Positions 25,949-32,000 of a stretch of 32,000 nt of DNA are shown here, in pieces. The notes under the pieces are model-generated. The model searched no databases, was not told where the DNA came from, and saw only the letters and a program-made list of their open reading frames with translations. Origin of the DNA: Acidothermus cellulolyticus 11B (GTDB taxonomy: Bacteria; Actinomycetota; Actinomycetes; Acidothermales; Acidothermaceae); contig NC_008578.1 of the NCBI RefSeq assembly GCF_000015025.1, forward strand, positions 600,001 through 632,000. Reading direction: 5' to 3'. The translations under genes and the position numbers were made by a program. Numbering within the stretch: the first letter of the stretch is position 1; each line of letters begins with the position of its first letter.

Positions 25949-26416
25949 TCAGGCGCCCGGCGGCTGCGGCTGGTGGACGAAGTGCACCCCGTCCGCCGCG
26001 CAGGTCGGACACGATTGTGGCGGATGCTCCCCACGCGCCTGGGTACCGCAGACATCGCAGACCCACTCCATCGCGATGAGAGCGACGAGGTCGGCCCGGC
26101 TGACAATACCGATGAGCTGGCCGCCGGAAACGACGGGAACCCGGCGGATGCGTCGGTCGAGGAGCAAATGGCGCACGTCCTCCACCTCGGTGTCCTCGGT
26201 CACCGAGATGACACCGGTCGACATGATGTCGGCCGCAACTTTGCCGGTGCGGGAAATCAGGTCGTGTTCGCTGACCAATCCGACGACAGCGCCGGAGGCA
26301 TCGACCACGGGTACCGCGCTGATGCGGTGCTGAACAAGAAGATGAGCAATGTCGGCGACCGGCGTGTCCACGTCGACCGTGTACACCGGCGCCTTCATGA
26401 TCTCTTTAACTTTCAT
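25949..26416 (-). CDS. CBS-pair (Bateman) domain protein with a C-terminal rubredoxin-like Cys4 zinc ribbon
   Basis: Two CBS motifs (VKEIMKAPVYTV...ISAVPVVD...GLVSEHDL and DIMSTGVISV...IRRVPVV...GIVSRADL) are followed by WVCDVCG-x12-CPTC. I took the start at ATG 26416 (MKVKEIM). Confidence 0.8.
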   Translation of the reverse strand: MKVKEIMKAPVYTVDVDTPVADIAHLLVQHRISAVPVVDASGAVVGLVSEHDLISRTGKVAADIMSTGVISVTEDTEVEDVRHLLLDRRIRRVPVVSGGQLIGIVSRADLVALIAMEWVCDVCGTQARGEHPPQSCPTCAADGVHFVHQPQPPGA

Positions 26417-26696
26417 GGGCGTCCCGCGCGGCTCGGCGTCGGCCGGCGCTCCCAATCCGCCGGGGTACGGCGGGGAGAAAGCCCGGTTGCCGACGACTCG
26501 TGGTCTTGGCAGCCCTCAGCCTACCGAGCCATCGGCGGCGGTGTGATGTGGGGAGCGATCTCCAGACGGCACTGGACGGCCCACGGTCTGACCCAGCACG
26601 GCGTGCAACCGGCGGATGTCCGGGCGGCCCGGCGGGCATCGACCCGGCAGGGCGGGCGGCTCGGCGGTTATCCCGGCATGGCGTGCGACCGGCGGC

Positions 26697-27512
26697 ATGA
26701 CAGGTGAAGATGGCAGCGTGACGCCGAACGCCGACCGTCCCGCCGCAGCCGTTACCGCCGTGGTCGACCTCAATGCGGACGTCGGTGAGTCCTTCGGCGC
26801 CTACCGGATCGGCTCGGACGACGAACTGCTCGCCCTGGTCACGAGCGCCAGCGTGGCCTGCGGTTTCCACGGCGGTGATCCGGCTGTCATGCGGCGAACC
26901 GTGGCCGTCGCTGTCGAGCACAGCGTCGTGGTCGGCGCGCATGTCGGCTATCCGGATCTGCGGGGCTTCGGCCGCCGGCCGCTGGCCGTTCCGCCCGATG
27001 AGCTCTTCGCTGACGTGCTGTATCAGCTGGGAGCACTGGACGCGATCGCGCGCGCTGCGGGTACCGCGGTGCGGTACGTCAAGCCGCACGGCGCCCTGTA
27101 CCACGCTGCTGCTGCCGATCCTGCAGTCGGCCGGGCGCTGCTCACGGCGGTCCGTGCGTTCAACCCCGCGCTTCCCGTACTGACATTGCCGGGCGCGGTT
27201 CTGGTCGACGTCGCCGCCGACGTCGGCGTACCGGTCATTGTCGAGGGTTTTCCGGACCGCGGGTACACGGCGGCGGGGACCTTGGTTCCACGCGGTGAGC
27301 CGGGCGCAGTGATTGACGGTCCCGAGGAGGCGGCGGCGCGCGCCGTCGCGATGACCGTCGACCGGGTGGTTACTGCTGTCGACGGGACGCCGATTTCGCT
27401 TGCACCACGGACCCTCTGCATTCACGGCGACACCCCGAACGCGCCGAGGCTCGCGGCCGCCATCGTGGCGCGGTTGCGGGCGGCCGGTGTGGAATTGCGT
27501 CCGTTCGCATGA
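26697..27512 (+). CDS. pxpA: 5-oxoprolinase subunit A (LamB/YcsF family)
   Basis: DLNADVGESFG...ACGFHGGDP...VGAHVGYPDLRGFGRR...KPHGALY are LamB/YcsF signatures. The start is ambiguous: I chose ATG 26697, and GTG 26718 or GTG 26760 are possible. Confidence 0.85.
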   Translation: MTGEDGSVTPNADRPAAAVTAVVDLNADVGESFGAYRIGSDDELLALVTSASVACGFHGGDPAVMRRTVAVAVEHSVVVGAHVGYPDLRGFGRRPLAVPPDELFADVLYQLGALDAIARAAGTAVRYVKPHGALYHAAAADPAVGRALLTAVRAFNPALPVLTLPGAVLVDVAADVGVPVIVEGFPDRGYTAAGTLVPRGEPGAVIDGPEEAAARAVAMTVDRVVTAVDGTPISLAPRTLCIHGDTPNAPRLAAAIVARLRAAGVELRPFA

Positions 27513-28213
27513 CGGCATCAGACCTTGGCGCCGCGCGAATTCGTCCATTCGGCGAATTCGCCTTTCTCGTCGAGGTTTCCCCATCCAGCCGGTATGTCGT
27601 TGCCCGACATATCGCCGACTCCCACCTCCCAGGGGTTGTCGATGTCGTCCCTGCCGAGCGCACGGTCCTCGTCCGGTACGCCGAGGACCCTTCCGCCGAC
27701 CGGCGGCAAGCGCGGAACGCCTTGGCGGCGGTACTCGCGCAGCTCCCCGGCCGGCTCAGCCGCGAGCCGGTCGGCACCTCGGATGACTGCCCGGAAGTCG
27801 TCGTCCCGGTCCGCTACGACGGCCCGGACCTCGAGGAGGTCGCGACCCTGCTGGGCCGAAGCGTGGCGGAGGTCGTCGCGGACCATCTCGCCGGCCGGTA
27901 CACGGTCGCGTTTCTCGGTTTCGCCCCCGGATTCGCGTACCTTGACGGGCTGTCGCCGCGGCTTCGCGTGCCTCGCCTTTCCACGCCACGACCGCGAGTC
28001 CGCGCCGGTGCCGTCGGTATTGCCGGGGGGCGGAGCTGTATTTACCCGTGGCCGAGTCCGGGCGGGTGGCGCATCATCGGCCATACCCCGCTGCGGCTCT
28101 TCGATCCGGCCGCGACGCCACCGACACCGCTGGCTCCCGGTCGGAGGGTGCGGTTCGTCGCCGTGGAGGAGGCCGGGGGCAACGCTGGCGGCGGGGGGAT
28201 GGAACGTGGCTGA
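27509..28213 (+). CDS. pxpB: 5-oxoprolinase subunit B (KipI / allophanate hydrolase subunit 1 family)
   Basis: IRPFGEFAFLVEV, YTVAFLGFAPGFAYL and GIAGGRSCIYPWPSPGGWRIIGHTP. ATG 27509 overlaps the pxpA stop as ATGA. Confidence 0.85.
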   Translation: MTASDLGAARIRPFGEFAFLVEVSPSSRYVVARHIADSHLPGVVDVVPAERTVLVRYAEDPSADRRQARNALAAVLAQLPGRLSREPVGTSDDCPEVVVPVRYDGPDLEEVATLLGRSVAEVVADHLAGRYTVAFLGFAPGFAYLDGLSPRLRVPRLSTPRPRVRAGAVGIAGGRSCIYPWPSPGGWRIIGHTPLRLFDPAATPPTPLAPGRRVRFVAVEEAGGNAGGGGMERG

Positions 28214-29150
28214 TGCCGCGGAGAACACGGTTCTTGTCGAAAGCGCGGGCGCCCGGACCACCATCCAGGACCTCGGCAGGGTGGGCTTCGCGCACGTCGG
28301 CGTGCCGCGCTCGGGCGTAGCCGACTGGTTCAGCGCCCGACTGGCGAATGCCCTTGTCGGCAACGTCCCGTCTGCTCCGCTCCTGGAAGCGACGCTGATT
28401 GGCCCGCGACTCCGGTTCCGCAGGGCGGCTCTCGTCGCCGTCACCGGCGCTCCCGCGCCCGTGACGGTCGACGGAGCCGCGGTACCGCCGTTCCAGCCGG
28501 TGGCGATTCCCGAGGGTGGCGTGCTCCAGATCGGCACGATGCGGTCGGGGGTCCGCGCGTACGTCGCGGTCCGCGGCGGTGTGGCGGCGCCGCTCATTCT
28601 CGGCAGCGCGTCAACGGACACGCTGAGCGGTCTGGGTCCATCGCCGCTCACTGCCGGTGCCGAGCTCCCTCTCGGCAACGCCGATCAGTGCCCGGCTCCA
28701 CCCGCGGACGACGAGGTGCGTGAGCTGGCGAAGAACGCCGCCGCCGGCGTGCTCCTTGCGGTGCGTGAGGGTCGGGTTCGTTTTCTGCCGACGGTGGAGG
28801 GCGACCCCGCACAACTGGCCGGTGAGTATCGCGTCCGGCCGGAGAGTGACCGGGTGGGTGTGCGCCTTGCTCCGATCGGTAAGCCTCCAGAGGCGACCCG
28901 GCCTGCGGAAACCATGGGCATGGTCGGTGGGGCAATTCAGCTGCCGCCTGACGGCAATCCGATCATCCTTCTCGCCGATCACTCGGTCACCGGGGGCTAC
29001 CCGGTGGCCGGGGTGGTGATTCACGCGGACCTGCCCCTCGTCGCTCAGGCACGACCTGGTGACCGGGTCCGGTTGGTCGCAGTGTCCGAGGAGGAGGCGC
29101 ACGCCGCCCTCGTGGCGCGGCACCTCGTGTTGGCCAGGGTGGAGCGATGA
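28206..29150 (+). CDS. pxpC: 5-oxoprolinase subunit C (KipA / allophanate hydrolase subunit 2 family)
   Basis: LVESAGARTTIQDLGRVGFAHVGVPRSGVADW..., SDRVGVRL and ADHSVTGGYPV. GTG 28206 overlaps the pxpB stop by 8 nt. The upstream 227 codons of the track ORF (27525-) are an out-of-frame shadow of pxpB. Confidence 0.85.
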   Translation: MADAAENTVLVESAGARTTIQDLGRVGFAHVGVPRSGVADWFSARLANALVGNVPSAPLLEATLIGPRLRFRRAALVAVTGAPAPVTVDGAAVPPFQPVAIPEGGVLQIGTMRSGVRAYVAVRGGVAAPLILGSASTDTLSGLGPSPLTAGAELPLGNADQCPAPPADDEVRELAKNAAAGVLLAVREGRVRFLPTVEGDPAQLAGEYRVRPESDRVGVRLAPIGKPPEATRPAETMGMVGGAIQLPPDGNPIILLADHSVTGGYPVAGVVIHADLPLVAQARPGDRVRLVAVSEEEAHAALVARHLVLARVER

Positions 29151-29346
29151 GCAGCGCCTTGAGTGGGTGGCGGTGTGCAGCCCCGGGTTGGTGTGAGTAT
29201 TTGCTGCGCAGCGCATTGTCGTACCGCGCTGCAGGCAGCAGAAGGTCTCCCGCCTGCGGCAGCAAATCCCCAGGTGGCAGGCAGAGAATCCCCGGGGCAC
29301 GGCAATTCCCCGGGCCGGCCACCGTGAGCGCCGTAGGGTAGGAGTC

Positions 29347-30603
29347 ATGCGATTATCCGCGGTGATTCGCCGGCCGGTGGTGACTCGGAGTGGTCAGCAC
29401 GTCGGGCGGGTCGTCGACGTGGTGATCCGGTTGCGTGATCCCGGCTATCCCAAGGTTGTCGGGCTGGTCGTCGACAGCGGCCGCCGGCGCATTTTCGTCC
29501 CGGCGGGGCAGGTGGCGGCCGTGCAATCCACGCGAATCATGCTCGCCGGGGACGCGGTGGATTTGCGGCCTTTCGAGCGACGCCGTGGAGAGCTTCTGCT
29601 CCGCGCCGACCTTCTCGGGCATCGCTTTATCGACGTCTCCCACGCCGAGCTGGTCCGTGCCTTTGACATCGAATTGGCGAGCGGACCGGATGGTTGGGAG
29701 GTTCGTGCGCTGGACACCCGGCGTCTGCGTCGCTGGTGGCCGTGGCGGCGCGGGCCGGCGGCACAGGTCAGGGACTGGAAAGACTTTGAACCGCTGCTCG
29801 GGCACATCCCGACGACGCACCGGCGTGCGGCTCGGCGGTTGCGCCGGATGCGCGCCGCGGATCTCGCTGACCTTCTTGAAGAGGCGTCCGCCGGTGAGCG
29901 CCGGGAAATTCTGCAACATGTCCACGGAGATTCCGAGCTTGAGGCCGACGTTTTCGAAGAACTTGAGCCGGACATTGCTCGGCGGCTGCTTGCTGATAAA
30001 TCCGATAGTGACATTGCTGATGTGCTCGTTCATATGCGTCCGGACGATGCCGCCGATGCGCTGCAGGATTTACCGGCGGAACGCCGTCATGGCGTCCTTG
30101 ACCGGTTACCGGCGGAATATCGCACCAAACTGTTGGCACTGCTTCATTTCCATCCCACGAGTGCTGGTGGGTTGATGAATGTCGACGTGCTCACCGTGAG
30201 CGAGACGATGACCGTGGCGGATGCCCTGGCAGTGGTGGCCGCGGCAACGACGGTGCAGCCGGAATTGGCCGGTGTCGTGCACGTCATCGATGCGGAGAAC
30301 CGCCTTATCGGTGTCGCGCGTGTCGCCCGGCTCGTCCAGGCGAGCCCGCAGGCGGAGATCGGCACAATCATGGACGCGGATCCGGTTCGGGTGAACGCGA
30401 CGACCGATATCGTCGATCTCGCCATTCTCATGGCAGATTACGACCTTACGACGTTGCCGGTGGTTGACGAAAGCGGCCGGCTTCTTGGTGTGGTCACGGT
30501 TGACGACGTCCTTGAGTCGATCATTCCGGAGGAGTGGCGACGCCGTGAACCGCCGCCGCATCCGGAATACCGGCCGGAGCCGGCGGAGGATCAGTCGGCG
30601 TAA
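29347..30603 (+). CDS. Soluble PRC-barrel plus MgtE N-terminal domain plus CBS-pair protein (MgtE cytoplasmic sensor module without a membrane domain)
   Basis: The N-terminal ~125 aa are PRC-barrel-like (GQHVGRVVDVVIRL...VVGLVVDSGRRRIFVPAGQV). An acidic helical MgtE_N segment follows (DLADLLEEASAGERREILQHV...DIADVLVHMRPDDAADALQDLP), then two CBS motifs. There is no hydrophobic C-terminal region. GGTAGGAG lies upstream of ATG 29347. Confidence 0.85.
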   Translation: MRLSAVIRRPVVTRSGQHVGRVVDVVIRLRDPGYPKVVGLVVDSGRRRIFVPAGQVAAVQSTRIMLAGDAVDLRPFERRRGELLLRADLLGHRFIDVSHAELVRAFDIELASGPDGWEVRALDTRRLRRWWPWRRGPAAQVRDWKDFEPLLGHIPTTHRRAARRLRRMRAADLADLLEEASAGERREILQHVHGDSELEADVFEELEPDIARRLLADKSDSDIADVLVHMRPDDAADALQDLPAERRHGVLDRLPAEYRTKLLALLHFHPTSAGGLMNVDVLTVSETMTVADALAVVAAATTVQPELAGVVHVIDAENRLIGVARVARLVQASPQAEIGTIMDADPVRVNATTDIVDLAILMADYDLTTLPVVDESGRLLGVVTVDDVLESIIPEEWRRREPPPHPEYRPEPAEDQSA

Positions 30604-30848
30604 GAGATCCTTCGGCTCGCAGCCTGTTATAGTCACAAAGGCCGCGTTCTCAGCGGCGACCATTCGTAGGAAAATGCGCTCGTGGCGCCCGGTCGGCGGG
30701 AGGTGCGGCATGGACCGAAGTCCTGATTGCCCGCATCATCCGACCACCGTCTGAATCCGCCGGCTCGTCCACGACCGTTTGCCCGCGATCCGGATCACCG
30801 GTTTGCGATCGGGGTGATGACGAGCCGTGGCTGCTGAGAGGAGGCGCC

Positions 30849-32000
30849 ATGGTCCGTCGATTTCGTACGCGCGCATCTGCGTCGTCCTGGCCCGCCGAGG
30901 CTCCCGGAACGACCGCGCCGGCGGCGATGGAGGTACGACCGACCGCCGGGCAGGCTGTGCTGGACGACGCCCACATTGGTGACATCCGGGGTGCTCTGGG
31001 TTCCATTCGGGCGGATGCGCTAACCGAACGGCCGACATGGCGTCGCCGCCTTCTTACGCTGGCGGCAATTCTCGGCCCCGGCGTGATCGTCATGGTCGGC
31101 GACAACGACGCCGGTGGGGTCGCCACGTACGCGCAGGCCGGACAGGATTACGGCTATTCGCTGCTCTGGGTCCTGCTTCTCCTGATTCCGGTGCTCATCG
31201 TCAACCAGGAGATGGTCGTGCGTCTCGGCGCCGTCACCGGGGTCGGCCACGCACGATTGATCGTTGAACGATTCGGCCGGGGGTGGGGCTGGTTCTCAGT
31301 GGGCGACCTCTTCGTATTGAATTTTCTGACCTTGGCGACGGAATTCATCGGAATAGCTCTCGCCGCCGACTATATCGGTCTCTCGAAATACCTCGTGGTT
31401 CCCATCGCCGCGGTTGTTCTCGTGCTCATAACGGCATCGGGAAGCTTTCAGCGCTGGGAACGGTCGCTGTTCGTCTTCATCGCGGTCTCCCTCCTGCAGA
31501 TTCCCATGCTCCTGCTCGCGCATCCGCACTGGGCGTCGATCGGTCGGCACCTCGTCGTTCCCGGCATCGCGGGCGGTGTCACGAGCAACGCAGTGCTGCT
31601 CATCATCGCGATCGTCGGGACGACGGTGGCGCCGTGGCAGCTTTTCTTCCAGCAGTCCAATATCATCGATAAGCGCATTACGCCGCGGTTCATCTCCTAC
31701 GAGCGCGCGGACACCGTCATCGGCAGCATTTTCGTTATCATCGGCGCGATTGCGATCATGGTGACAGCGGCGTATGGTGCGGCGGGTACCGGTGGGTACG
31801 GCCATTTCACTGACGCCGCTGGTGTGGCGCATCTGCTCCGGCAGCACTCACCGGTTCTCGGTGCGATCTTCGCTGTTGTTCTCTTGGATGCGAGCATTAT
31901 CGGCGCCGCCGCCGTTACTCTCTCGACGAGTTATGCGTTCGGCGACGTCTTCGGGATTCGCCACTCGCTGCATCGGTCGTTCCGGGACGCCAAGGAGTTC
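30849..32000 (+). CDS. Nramp/SLC11-family transporter, non-canonical (NRMT-like) metal site; 3' end outside the window
   Basis: This gene is not in the ORF track because no stop occurs in the window, so I translated it by hand: MVRRFRTRAS...LAAILGPGVIVMVGDNDAGGVATYAQAGQDYGYSLLWVLLLLIPVLIVNQEMVVRLGAVTG...IAIVGTTVAPWQLFFQQS... . GAGAGGAGG lies 4 nt upstream of ATG 30849. There are 384 in-frame codons to the window edge. Confidence 0.85.
   Translation, partial: MVRRFRTRASASSWPAEAPGTTAPAAMEVRPTAGQAVLDDAHIGDIRGALGSIRADALTERPTWRRRLLTLAAILGPGVIVMVGDNDAGGVATYAQAGQDYGYSLLWVLLLLIPVLIVNQEMVVRLGAVTGVGHARLIVERFGRGWGWFSVGDLFVLNFLTLATEFIGIALAADYIGLSKYLVVPIAAVVLVLITASGSFQRWERSLFVFIAVSLLQIPMLLLAHPHWASIGRHLVVPGIAGGVTSNAVLLIIAIVGTTVAPWQLFFQQSNIIDKRITPRFISYERADTVIGSIFVIIGAIAIMVTAAYGAAGTGGYGHFTDAAGVAHLLRQHSPVLGAIFAVVLLDASIIGAAAVTLSTSYAFGDVFGIRHSLHRSFRDAKEF

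Noticed and set aside
25206-26707. + strand ORFs of 375 aa (25206-26333) and 336 aa (25697-26707) across the pdhA 5' region, the CBS gene and the intergenic DNA
   Set aside because: They run antisense to two genes with clear family motifs and straight through a non-coding tandem repeat. Their composition is Arg/Gly/Pro/Ser-rich and they have no SD. They are shadow ORFs.
26406-28678. - strand ORFs of 392 aa (26406-27584) and 386 aa (27518-28678) opposite pxpA, pxpB and pxpC
   Set aside because: The + strand frames carry strong LamB/YcsF, KipI and KipA signatures and translationally coupled junctions. The - strand products are Arg/Pro-rich low-complexity sequence.
29147-29341. 64-aa ORF (MSSALSGWRCAAPGWCEY...) whose ATG overlaps the pxpC stop as ATGA and which ends just before the MgtE_N gene
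   Set aside because: The coupling is tempting, but the ORF uses several codons that are rare for this high-GC half (AGA x2, AGG, TCT, CAA, GTA, TTG x3) and has visibly lower third-position GC than its neighbours. It also has a biased Arg/Gly/Ser/Ala composition. I treated it as non-coding leader. Ribo-seq could revisit this call.

Overview
High-GC, actinobacterial-type chromosomal segment with two compositionally distinct halves. Positions 1 to ~15.5 kb have lower GC (hand counts on sampled 60-nt lines give 47-58%) and contain TTA codons. This half is a carbohydrate-utilisation locus with three parts. (i) A translationally coupled operon encodes an FAD-oxidoreductase (5' truncated), a phosphotriesterase-family hydrolase, an SDR, a DeoC aldolase and a ROK kinase. 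(ii) Tandem ROK-type and GntR/HutC-type regulators lie on the minus strand. (iii) A divergent operon encodes a SIS protein, a ribose-type ABC importer (lipoprotein SBP, fused double-NBD ATPase, two permeases), a Gfo/Idh/MocA oxidoreductase and a xylose-isomerase-like TIM barrel, followed by a convergent second Gfo/Idh/MocA gene. From ~15.6 kb to the end, GC is high (sampled lines 67-70%) and both strands carry dense shadow ORFs. This half holds core functions: an MDR oxidoreductase, a small acidic DUF6104-like protein, Kgd/SucA (1233 aa), a secreted coiled-coil plus M15 (VanY-like) peptidase, an E1alpha/E1beta/E2 2-oxoacid dehydrogenase operon, a CBS-pair protein with a rubredoxin-like Cys4 tail, pxpABC (5-oxoprolinase), a membrane-less PRC-barrel/MgtE_N/CBS protein, and a 3'-truncated Nramp homologue. 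I hand-translated the Nramp gene because it is missing from the ORF track. Its metal-site motifs carry the substitutions typical of Nramp-related Mg2+ transporters. I recognised no rRNA, tRNA, CRISPR array, transposase or integrase. The most interesting candidates are the pxpABC / soluble MgtE-sensor / NRMT-like Nramp neighbourhood, the uncharacterised sugar pathway genes in the low-GC island, a perfect 11-3-11 palindrome in the divergent regulatory region, a 16-bp intra-operon hairpin, and a 23-bp tandem repeat in front of the E1alpha gene.
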